A stretch of 64,000 nt of DNA from Mytilus edulis (taxonomy: Eukaryota): the NCBI RefSeq assembly GCF_963676685.1, contig NC_092352.1, forward strand, positions 20,708,001 to 20,772,000. Reading direction: 5' to 3'. A program made the position numbers and the translations under genes. Positions 1 through 11,599 of the stretch are shown piece after piece. Position 1 is the first letter of the stretch, and every line of letters begins with the position of its first letter. The notes under the pieces were generated by a model that saw only the letters and a program-made list of their open reading frames with translations, was not told where the DNA came from and ran no database searches.

Positions 1-47
1 TCAAAAACCTCAATAAATTTATTTAAAATCACCACATTATAAATATC

Positions 48-3000
48 CAATAAAGGTACAGTTTTTGATGGGCCCATTCTTTCCAATAAAGGTACAGTAC
101 TTGATGGACCTATTCTGTCCAATAAAGGTCCAGTGATTAATGGGCCCATTCTTTCCAATAAAGGTACAGTATTTGATGGGCCTATTCTTTCCAATAAAGG
201 TACAGTACTTGATGAGCCCATTCTTTCCAATAAAGGTACAGTACTTGGTGTGCACATTCTTTCCAATAAAGGTACAGTACTTGATGGGCCCATTCTTTCC
301 AATAAAGGTACAGTACTTGATGGGCCCATTATTTCCAATAAAGTTTCAGTATTTGATGGACCCATTCTTTCCAATAAAGGATCAGTACTTGATGGGCCCA
401 TTCTTTCCAATAAAGGTACAGTACTTGATGGGCCTATTCTTTCCAATAAAGGTACAGTACTTGATGGGCCCATTCTTTCCAATGAAGGTTCTGTACTTGA
501 TGGGTCCATTCTTTCCAATAAAGGTACAGTACTTGATGGGCCCATTCTTTCCAATAAAGGTTCAGTACTTGATGGGCTCATTCTTTCCAATAAAGGTACA
601 GTGCTTGATGGGCCCATTCTTTCCAAAAAAGGCACAGTGCTTGATGGGTCCATTCTTTCCAATAAAGGTTCAGTACTTGAAGGGTCCATTCTTTCCAATA
701 AATGTTCAATACTTGATGGGCCGATATTTTCCAATAAAGCTACAGTACTTGATAGGTCCATTTTTTTTACAACTAAGGTACAGTACTTGATGGGCCCATT
801 CTTTCCAATAAAGGTACAGTACTTGATGGGCCGATATTTTCCAATAAAGGTACAGTACTTGATGGGCCCATTTTTCCAATTAAGATACAGTGCTGGATGG
901 GCCTATCATTTCCTATAAAGGTACAGTGATTGATAGGCCTATCATTTCCTTTAAAGGTTCAGTGCTTGAAGGACAATTTCTTTCCAATAAAGGATCAGTG
1001 CTTGATGGACCTATTCTTTCTTATAAAGGTTCAGTGCTTGATGGGCTAATTCTTTCTTATAAAGGTGCAGTGTTTGATGGGCCTATTCTTTCCAATAAAG
1101 GTTCAGTGCTTGATGGGCCTATTCTTTCTTATAAAGGTTCAGTGATTGATGGGCTAATTCTTTCTTATAAAGGTTCAGTGCTTGATGGGCTAATTCTTTC
1201 TTATAAAGGTGCAGTGCTTGATGGGCCTATTCTTTCCAATAAAGGTTCAGAGCTTGATGGGCCTATTCTTTCTTATAAAGGTTCAGTGATTGATGGGCCA
1301 ATTCTTTCAAATAAAGGTACAGTGCTTCATGGGCCCATTTCTTCCATTAAAAATACAGTGGTCGATGGCCCGTTCTTTCAAATAATAGGTACAGTACTTG
1401 ATGGGCCAATTCTTTCTTATAAAGGTTCAGTGTTTGACGGGCCAATTCTTTCTTATAAAGGTTCAGTGCTTGATGGGCCTATTCTCTCCTATAAAGGTTC
1501 AGTGCTTGATGGGCCAATTCTTTCAAATTAAGATACAGTGCTTGATGGGCCTATTCTTTCCTATAAAGGTACAGTGATTAATGGGCCTATCATTTCCTTT
1601 AAAGGTTCAGTGCTTAAAGGACAATTTCTTTCCAAAAAAGGATCTGTGCTTGATGGACCTATTCTTTTTTATAAAGGTTCAGTGTTTGATGGGCCAATTC
1701 TTTCTTATAAAGGTTCAGTGCTTGATGGACCTATTCTTTCCAATAAAGGTTCAGTGCTTGATGGGCCTATTCTTTCTTATAAAGGTTCAGTGCTTGATGG
1801 ACCCATTCCTTCCATTAAACATTTGTAAGGGTTCCACGGAACCCAGTGTCTCGCCTACTTATGCTGTAAATCGCAGGCTCAACAAAAGTGAGGAAAAAAA
1901 TCAATAAAAATATTCCTCTTGATACTATCTTTTAATTGTAATAACCTTCTGTCCAAGTTTGGTAAAAATCCAGGATAGTTTTTGAATCTAAGAAATGTTT
2001 TAAAAACTTAAACTGCAGACTGTATGTAATGTTAACTGGAAGAAAATCTAAGTCCATTTATAAGTAAAATACGGAAAAAATGGATTTATTTTTTTACAAA
2101 ATTTACTTCTGGATACTATCTTATGATCATAAACAAGCTTCTGTCCAAGTTTGGTACAAACCAAGGATAGTTTAAGATAGTTATTAAGATTTTAAAAACT
2201 TTAAACCACAGAGTGAATGTAATGTTTCCCCGCAGAAAAACTAAGTCCATTAAAAAGTAAAATACGGAAAAAATGGATTTATTTTTTTACAAAATTTACT
2301 TCTGGATACTATCTTATGATCGTAAACAAGCTTCTGTCTAAGTTTGGTACAAACTCAGGATAGTTTAAGAAAGTTATTAAAATTTTAAAAACTTTAACCA
2401 CAGAGTGAATGTAATGTTTCCCTGCAGAAAAACTAAGTCCATTTATAAGTAAAATACGGAAAAAATGGAATTTTATTTTTACAAAATTTACTTCTGGATA
2501 CTATCTTATGATCATAAACAAGCTTCTTTCCAAGCTTGGTAGAAATCCAGTATAGTTTAAGAAAGTTATTAAAATTTTAAAAACTTTAACCACAGAGTGA
2601 ATATTTGTGGACGCCGCCGACGACGACGGAATGTAGGATCGCTTAGTCTCGCTTTTTCGACTAAAGTCGAAGGCTCGACAAAAATACAGTGTTTGATGGC
2701 CCGTTCTTTCAAATAACAGGTACAGTACTTGATGGGTCAATTTTGTCAAATACAGGTAAAGTGTTTGATGGGTCCATTCTTACCAATGAAAGATAAAATG
2801 CTTGATGAGTTCAGTCGTTCCTATAAAGGCACAGTGCTTGATGAGTTGAGTCTTTCCTATAAAGGCACAGTGCTTGATGGGCCGTTCTTTCAAATAACAG
2901 GTACAGTACTTGATGGGTCAATTTTGTCAAATACAGGTAAAGTGTTTGATGGGTCCATTCTTACCAATGAAAGATAAAATGCTTGATGAGTTCAGTCGTT

Positions 3001-4078
3001 CCTATAAAGGCACAGTGCTTGATGAGTTGAGTCTTTCCTATAAAGGCACAGTGCTTGATGGGCCAATTCTTTCCAATAAAGGTACAGTGCTTGATGGACC
3101 CATTGTTTCGAATAAAGGTACCCTGATTAAAGGGCCCATTCTTTCCGATAAATATACAGTGCTTGATGGACCTATTGTTTCCAATAAAGGGTCAGTGCTT
3201 GATGGACCCATTGTTTCCAATAAAGGTACCCATTCTTTCCGATAAAGATACAGTGCTTGATTGGCCTATTCTTTCTTATAAAGGTACAGTGCTTGATGGG
3301 CCCATTCTTTTTTTTAAGATTCAGTGCTTGAAGGACAATTTCTTTTAAATAATGGCACAATGCTTGATTCTTCCCTATAAAGGTTTGGTGTTTCAAGAGC
3401 CTATTCTTTCACATGGTACAGTGTTTGATGGGCCAATTCTTTCAAATAAAAGTGCAGTACTTGATGGGCCTATTCTTTCCTATAAAGGTTCAGTGCTTGA
3501 TGGGCCAATTATTTCAAATAAAGGTACAGTGCTAGATGGGCCCATTCTTTCCAATAAAAATAAAGTGTTTGATGGACCATTCTTTCAAATAACAGGTACA
3601 GTACTTGATGGGCCAATTTTGTCAAATACAGGTAAAGTGTTTGATGGGCCCATTATTTCCTACAAATGTATGACGCTTGGTTGGACCATCCATACCAATA
3701 AAAGTACAGTGCTTGATGGGCCTATTCTTTCCTAAAAGGTACAGTGCTTGATGACTTAATAGTTTACTTTTATAGATTGTGACGTGGATGGAGAGTTGTC
3801 TCATTGGCACTCATCCCACATCTTCTAATACCTGTATCTATTGATTGTCACATGTTTTTCCTATAAAAGTACAGTGATTGATTGGCTCGTTCTTTCCAAA
3901 AATTGTACAGTGCTTGATGGCCTCGTTAATTCCAATGAAGGTACAGTACTTTTAAAATAGGCCTATTCTTTCCCATAAAGGTACAGTGCTTGAAAGGCAA
4001 TTTCTTTCAAATAAAGGCTCAGCACTTGATGGACCTTTCTTTTCTATAAAGATAGGCCCATTCTTTCCTATTAAGGTG
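48..4078. repeat. 36-bp minisatellite array (consensus GGTACAGTACTTGATGGGCCCATTCTTTCCAATAAA), interrupted by insertions at ~1818-2684 and ~3755-3845
   Basis: Dozens of tandem 36-bp units read directly. Units decay towards 4078. Higher-order duplication is visible (2700-2880 repeated at 2881-3060). The ORFs here are 12-aa periodic by-products. Confidence 0.95.
1818..2684 (-). mobile_element. Non-autonomous Helentron-type element (HINE/DINE-1-like) inserted in the minisatellite
   Basis: Minus strand order: 5' hairpin TTCGACT-AGTCGAA, (CGT)n microsatellite, ~3.6 copies of a ~192-bp internal repeat, repeated GCGAGAC motif, 3' hairpin GGGTTCC-GGAACCC (1829-1844). Inserted in an A/T run of a unit (CCATTAAA^AATACAG) without a TSD. 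Confidence 0.8.
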
Positions 4079-4557
4079 CTGTCAGGGTTATCATGGTGTC
4101 ACAAATATTAACTCTTCTTTTTTATTTTTGATAATGCAAATATTCAAATTCAATGAAACATGACTGAAGGTACCCCTGAGGGATGGGGAAGGGACAAATA
4201 ATATCCAAGGAAATGAGATCTGCCAAAGCTTATACAATAGTATACCAAAAATGATTGACAACCACTGGTGATTCCCCTTAAACTGACATAACCACAAACT
4301 AATACATGTAAACTAAGCAAAAGTTTCAAAGTCAATAGACCATGATTGAGGGGGAGGGGCTAAATAATCTTCATGGAAATGAGATGTGCCAATTCTTATA
4401 AAACTGCAAACCAAATATCACTAACCTACCTATAGTGGTTCACCATTAACGAGACCTAATCAAAAACTAATACATTTTTGATCAGCCGCCAACGCCAGAC
4501 ACAGCATACCTATGTCTAGCTTTTTGAAGCCGTCAATGACTCAATGCAAGACAATAA
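4075..4557 (-). mobile_element. Degenerate HINE-like element
   Basis: Two diverged ~190-bp internal repeats (GGAAATGAGAT..CCAAA..AACTAATACAT), a GCCGCC microsatellite remnant and a GTCTAGC...GCAAGAC end region resembling the 1818-2684 element. Confidence 0.4.
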
Positions 4558-5105
4558 GGAGATAATTTCCAACAGGGTCAGAATAACTGGCATGTAAGCA
4601 ACTAAAGGTCACAGTAGTAATGCAGGTTTACAACAGAAATTCATAAAAATACAGTGTAATCAAGATGATTTTAATATTTCAATGAATAATAATAACAATA
4701 ATATATTACATTGATAAACTCTAATTATTCAAATGTATTCAATTGAAAAAGTTCTTGAAATCATATTTTGTTTAATAAAATTTAAAAGGAAAACTTCTTT
4801 TTTAACAGTTACAACTTTCCTCAATAAATTAAAATTCCTTTTTTCAGTTTTGGCAAATGTTTGTAAATTCAAACTTCAACTATATATACTAAGTTAATTT
4901 TTCTTTATTAATTTTATTTGGCTGTGGTAATATACCACTATTTGTGTTTGTAATCTGGCTGAACAATGAATTTTTTTATGATATGAAATGGCTGCAATTT
5001 ACTATGTCCCACATACCCGGTAATCAATATTATTCTGTTGCAAACTAATTCATCCATTCAATCATGATCTTGATATATAATAGGCAGAATAAAATGATGC
5101 CCAGT

Positions 5106-5252
5106 CAGTGGCGGATCCAGGGGGGTCCAGGGGTCAGAACCCCACTATTTTTTGACGATCAATGCATTTGAATGTGGACATATAGTTAAACCCCCCTCCC
5201 CTTTGTTCTGGGTTGGGAAGCCCCCTTTTTAAAATGGCTGGATCCGCCCCTG
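5106..5252. mobile_element. MITE with 15-bp TIR (CAGTGGCGGATCCAG / CTGGATCCGCCCCTG)
   Basis: TIRs match 14/15 and are flanked by a CCAGT direct repeat (5101-5105, 5253-5257). Related copies at 5794-5867 and a truncated one at ~32825-32885. Confidence 0.8.
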
Positions 5253-5793
5253 CCAGTGTCTTTCATTTATGGACAGAAAAGCAATTAACAGTCAATAAAT
5301 GACCTGGTGCAAATTTAGGGAAGGCAGGTTTAAAATTTGATTTTACAACTTAAAATTAAATTGCATTGTAGAAAAGAATGTCGATTGAATGACACCTTAT
5401 CTTAGTAATGGCTTTGTAACAGTCAGTTTCATTAATGTTATTCTTATTTAAGGGAGCTGATAATAAAATCTTTATAATCATAAAACTACCAGTATATTAC
5501 CCTTTAGCCCAGTGACCCCTATATCATTCCTAAGAATTTGGCTGACTTCAGTCGAAAATTATGATATGACATACATGTAGCTTCTACGGTAATAATAAAA
5601 AAAAATTGTAACCAGATCTATAGACCTTATGTAAAAAAATATCATTTCAAAGAAATTAATTTATTATTCTATTATACCTTGCAGAAACAATTTTCATAAT
5701 ACATGATAAATAACAAACACATGCTTTATTTCTTGAACCTGTTTTTTAACATTCACATATCAACAGTGGTAGTTTTTCACTGAACTCAGGTTT

Positions 5794-5867
5794 CAGCAGC
5801 ATATTCAGGTGGAGGACTCCGGGGGTTGGACCCCCCCTCCTTTTCTAAATGGCTGGATCCGCCCCTG
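5794..5867. mobile_element. Short degenerate copy of the same MITE family
   Basis: Ends in ATGGCTGGATCCGCCCCTG, identical to the 5106-5252 element. Flanks AGGTTT/AGGCTT. Confidence 0.6.
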
Positions 5868-7666
5868 AGGCTTATGACTTCTCAAGAATGAGACCTTTTA
5901 CTATCAGTGAAATGATAAAGAAAAACATGTCTTTATTGGCAAAATTGAAATGTGACACTTTTACTGAAAGCATATAATTTAAATTCATTGGCCACTTATT
6001 TCTCGAATACACATGAAGTTGACTACATAAAGTATGCTAATTAAAACATTTTTTTAATATCTTGACTGACAACTTAAAGAATCTAATAAAGAGTGTGACA
6101 AAGCATTTTAAATCACAATTTTAATACATTTAAATTGAAAGCAAAGCACGCTTAAATTTAATGACCAGACCTTGATATTCATAATACTCATAAATAAAAG
6201 AAAGCTTTCATATTATCCTACTTTATAATCTAAAATATAAAACTGAGAAGAAAAATTTAAAAAATCACAACCCTCATATAAAGGATACATATCGGAAACA
6301 TTTCTAAATATATAGGATACAGAATTATTTATTATGAGTCAAAGAAATCTGAAAAATTCTGGGAAAGACAATTAAAAACAGTTATTTGGCTACTTTTACA
6401 CGATATATCAACCCATTTCATTTCCCTTGTTGAAAGCGTATAAGAAGATCAATTCATTCATAAAGTTTTCCTAGCGAAAAGATTTTACTTTCAAAGTTTG
6501 GTTTCAACTTACAGAATATAAAACAAACATGAACAAGAACAACTTATACTCCATGGGTATTCTAACCACCAGATACTGCATCATGTGCATTTTCTTGTCA
6601 CACAATCTGTTATTCTATCTTTTAAGATTTTTATTCAGTTAGACATGTTAGAAGGTGTTTTTTTATAATTTTAAATTTCTTTTACTATCCAACAAAAAAT
6701 AACAAAAATAGTAAATGAATAATTTATACTAAGTACTGCACACAGTACAATATACAAGGATCCTCTCTTATTCTTTATTTGAAAACCAAATCAGTAGGTA
6801 CCACATTACAGCATAAAACAGTAATATATGTGACTGTGTGACCTTACTTTTTAAAATTTCTTATTTGGATGAATTCAAAAGATTTTCAATAATTTAACTA
6901 ACATGACTAACATGTCAAAACAATATTTAGCACTAGAATTTAGTCTTAATAGAGACATTTTGAAGAAAGTTATAAATAGGACATCAGTGACAGAAATGAA
7001 AAGACTTCCATTAAATAATTAGCTTTAGTATATATAGATTGCCTCCTTATTTTTTTTCTATTTTTTCAATTTAATATTTAACATGTTTAAAAAGATAATT
7101 ATCAATCAAAATTGCATTTTTGAGTAATTTTTTTAAATTTGTGACTTGCTCATTCACAATATAACTGTTTTAAACTAAAAGTACATACATGAATTAACTT
7201 GATACTGTGAATTATAATAACAATTAAAATGATTTTCATAAAAATGTTCCTGAATTGAAATGTATCCAAAAGAAATTACCCCTTTGAACTTCTTTACATG
7301 TCACAATCTAGTCATGTGGTGATAAATGTTGGATATATCTATCATACACACATTTAGAATCTCTCTACAATAACAAAAGTAGACTTAATACCACGAAAAA
7401 GTCAAAACTAATTATGCTTCTAAAACAATAGAAGAAATGAGTAGGGGCAATAAGATGAAAAAGTATGAACATCCAACTCAAAAAGGTTGTAAAATAGCTA
7501 TGTTGTGCATTTTTAACATTGTTTAAGTAAATAACTGAACTTTTCAAAAATAATTTAAAAAAAAAAAAAATTTCATTTCTAATGTCCTACTCCTTCTTAT
7601 TAGGCAAACACGTACATCAATCATCAATATAATAAAAGCTAAACTTGTACCAATAGTAAAAACTTT

Positions 7667-9753
7667 CTAATTAGGAGACCAAGTGTCGTCTGTTCCTTCA
7701 GAATCAACTTCATCAATTAGTTCTAATACAGTTTTAGGAACTTCTACTTCATAGCTGCTTCCACTGCTGGCTTCATCTGATATAGTGTCATCTGTCTGTC
7801 TGTCATTAGCTGAAGGCACCCATGATGTATCTGAATCAGATAGTTCTCCGTTGTTATTATCCTGGTTACGCATCTTCTTTGAATCAATATCACAGTCAAT
7901 AACACTAGTTTTACGCTTCCTATCATCAGAACTTGCACCATTATTTAAATTACTGTCTCTAGTATCAGAATTTTGGTTTTTAGATAGATCTGTATTAGAT
8001 GATTCAGTCCCTATTCCACTATCACTATAGTTACTGTTTTTCGACCTTCTTCTCTTGAAATTGTACCCTGCATCACTATCTGTTTCTGTACTATCAATAT
8101 CTGTTGTAATATTTAAATGTCTAGAATTTCCAGCTGTTTCATTTTCATTTAATTGGTTTAGATTTTCATGGTCATTTTCATGCGTTGGACTGGATTCTGA
8201 TATATGCCCATCATCATGTGTTTCATCTACAGGTGTTTCACTCCTGTCAGAATCTGGTGTACAGGATCTGCTGCTTCTTGAACCGGATCTACTCATATAT
8301 GAACGCAATGTAGAACTACTTGAGAGGGATTCATCTGAATGTGATATACTCCTTATATGATCTAATGACCTTGACCTACTTCTTGATAGTCTCTCTATTG
8401 ACCTTGACCTACTTCTTGATCTTGATCTACTTCTTGATATTCTGTCTATTGACCTTGACCTACTTCTTGATAGTATGTCTATTGACATTGATCTACTTCT
8501 TGATAGTCTGTCTATTGACATTGACCTTCTTCTTGACCAAGTTCTGTAATGTACACCTGACTGTGAAGATCTTGAAGATGCCCACCTCCTTCTTACATGT
8601 GGTCTACGTAAATTATCATATGATCTTGATCTACTCCTATATGAATCAAATGATCTTGACCTACTTCTTGAATAATTGTAAGACCTTGACCTTCTGTGAA
8701 AGTCATATGATCCACTTCTTTCTGACAGGACAGATCGTGATCTATTGTGTGAATCATAGCGTGACCAAAAACGGCTTTCATCTGAGTCATATGACAATGA
8801 TCTACTTCTGTGCGAACCATGTGATCCAGATCTATTTGAGTCAAATGAATGTGAACGAGACCTGCTAGACCTCTGTATATCTGACTGATGATCAGAATGA
8901 TGTGACATGCTTGATCGACTTGATCTCCACCAGCGAGTTGGTGTATGATCTGAATCACTGTCAGAGAGACTGTAAACAGTGTGATCACTATGGTGACTTA
9001 AATCATCATTATTGTGACTTTCGTCTTGGCTCTCATGATCGCCCTCATTAAGATTTAGGCTAGTATTACTATCCGTAGCAGTGCTACTTCCTGTGTTAAT
9101 TTGGTTATTGTTGATTGGAGTTGGAATGTATTCCATGATATTGTTTAAATTTATATTTGTACTAGGAGCAGTGTCTGAAATTCCAGCAGATAAACGATGG
9201 AATATTCCCTCTCCCATTGGTAAATGTTCTTGGTGTGTGTGGTGGCTCAAATCTAATGCTTGATCAGTACCTGAATTAGCATCTGTAACATTACCATGAT
9301 TACGGGTAGGACTTGGTGAGCGTATATCATACACATATCTTGATGATCTTGTTTCATAACGTGGCCATGGAGCTTGAATGACAGGTGTTGTCGGTCTACG
9401 ACTAGGATAAATAACATATTCTCTAAATCCTCCATTGTCTGCACTTGATGATGTTGTTGTAGTGGTAGTAGTATTTGTAGCAGTAGGATGACTAGTTGCT
9501 GTCAGTACTAAATCAGGCTGGGAGAAATGACTATCTTGATCGTCACTGTAAGAACTTCCTGACAGGTAATTATACATAGAATCATTGTAATCACTATCAG
9601 AGGGATCCCAACTGGTTCCCCAAGCATCTGGAAGATTCCATCTGTTACGAGCTAACTGTTGCTTTAATCTATCAACTTCTTTCTGTAGTTTTTGTGTCAA
9701 AGCATTTAGTTCTTTAACTTTTTCCTGTAGTTTGTCTACTAATTCACTTTTCT
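7667..9753 (-). CDS. RING E3 ligase, last coding exon: coiled coil + long Ser/Asp-rich disordered region with RS domain
   Basis: ~700-codon ORF. Acceptor TTTTGCAG|AG at 9754/9753 is in phase 1 and joins exon 1 in frame (..FNR-E-KSELVDKLQ..). Stop at 7667. Confidence 0.85.
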
Positions 9754-10747
9754 CTGCAAAATTAAGCATAAGAATATTTACAATAATGACATAAAAAATT
9801 CTTGTTTTACTATGTTATTAACCTTAACACCTTTTGGGATTTTTTTTTTCTCATCTACTTCATTTGAACTTTGGTTGATAGTTGTCTCATTGGCAATCAT
9901 ACCACATCTTCTTATTTTCATATCTATTCAGAAAAGTGTGCTAATGTTTTTATTATTGCAAAAATTGATTGGGACAGGTTTTTGCCAAAAAAAGTTGATT
10001 TTAATGTTTGATAGCATTATTTTATTTGTCTTCAGCATTTCTTGAAATCACATTTCTGTCCATTGAACAGCAATTGAAATAATAACTGCATGCATATTTT
10101 TTTTGTAATAAGTTCAACTGCAATCAAAGGGACTTAGTAATCATATCACTGTATAAGTTAAAGGTTATGTTTAGTATTTGTCATTGAGACAGCAACCCAG
10201 CTATGCATATACATGTACAAATGTATACATGTATAAATAAAGAATCTTCAAAAAGTGAAATGAGACTATACAATATTGTGGATTCCTAAATTAGTGAGGA
10301 CCAATTGCAAATTAAGTGGATTGGTAAGCAGGTAAGATTAAAAAATTGTCTTTTGAGTTTTTATTTTTCAAGACTTTTTTTTGTTCTCATTTAGTGGTGC
10401 ATACACATTTACTTTGCCAGTGAAGTTATTGTGGCAATAGTCAAAAACTAAACTGTCAAGTGAACTAATGATTGGCTCTCTCTTTTTATCTTTTTGATTT
10501 AGCTATATATTTTTTATAGGTCCAAGAAATCCATATGATATGCGATCTTCACATATTCAAGGACTTTCATATGTACAAATGTATACAGCCTGAGATTTCA
10601 CTTTTTTTTATTTGAGTGTTCCTGTGTACTTCAAACATACCGGTACATTGTTTATAAATTGTTAATTACATTTCTTTCTTTTCATTAAAATCTTCCATAT
10701 TACCTATAACTATATATATATTATTTAACTTTAAATTAAAAACATAC

Positions 10748-11255
10748 CTCGATTGAACTTTTGTAATTCTTCATAGCAATCATGTGTGTCATACACACAA
10801 ACAGGAATCATTAGTCCACAACGACCAATACATAACTTCTCCCTGAATTCACAGACTTGGTTCTCATGTTGGTCTTTGTCTTTTTTAAGTATCATTTTAT
10901 CACAGCGATTAAATCGACACTTTAGCTTCCTGTATCCACAACCCTCAACATGGTTAACATAAATTTCTAACATTACTGTTTCTGCACAACCATTATCTTT
11001 AAAATCACAGAACATTAGCAAACGATTTATCATGTTTTGTACTATTGGAAGGACTGGTTTGAGTTGTCTTTTCTTGACTCTCCTACGACAGGTTGGACAG
11101 TTACGATGATTGTTCAGCCACGTTGTTATACATACATTACAGAAGACATGACGACAGGGGCTCTCCACAGGAGACTGAAGGACACACTGACATATACAAC
11201 ATATTAAATCTGGGTCAGGTGGCTGACAAAACTTTTCTGTATCATACTGGGACAT
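10748..11255 (-). CDS. RING E3 ligase, first coding exon: C3HC4 RING + TRAF/SIAH-type zinc fingers (RNF151/RNF41-NRDP1/PDZRN3-like N-terminus)
   Basis: MSQYDTEKF..PDPDLICCICQCVL..PCRHVFCNVCI..CPTCR is the typical N-terminus of this family, followed by C/H-rich fingers. Donor AG|GTATGT at 10748/10747. Confidence 0.9.
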
Positions 11256-11523
11256 CTTTAATGGTTCATCTATAAATAGAACAAAATCATGTATTATACT
11301 GAGACATCTTTAATGGTTCATCTACAATAGAACAACAATATTTACTATGAATAATACTGGGACATCTTTAATGGTTCCTCTATAAATAGAACAAAATCAT
11401 GTATTATACTGGGACATCTTTAATGGTTCATCTACAATAGAACAACAACATTTACTATGAATAATACTGGGACATCTTTAATGGTTCATCTACAATAGAA
11501 CAAAAACATTTACTATGTATAAT
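11244..11523. repeat. Tandem repeat (alternating 52/58-bp units, 5 copies) spanning the splice acceptor and ATG of the RING gene
   Basis: ATACTGRGACATCTTTAATGGTTC.. units start at 11244, 11296, 11354, 11406 and 11464. Confidence 0.9.
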
Positions 11524-11599
11524 ATTTCAGCTTTATTTGAATGAAAAGAGAGCTGTTTAATCAGTGTGCAGGACTCCCCTCTCTCATTTGGACTCCTAG

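Noticed and set aside
37-3810. Repetitive ORFs (GTVLDGPILSNK / MGPFFPIKVQYL) as a repeat-protein gene
   Set aside because: They arise from a 36-bp unit lacking stops; frames break at indels and TE insertions, and no splice structure is evident.
7744-9444. Short overlapping and antisense ORFs within the RING gene exon
   Set aside because: Shadows of the low-complexity main ORF.
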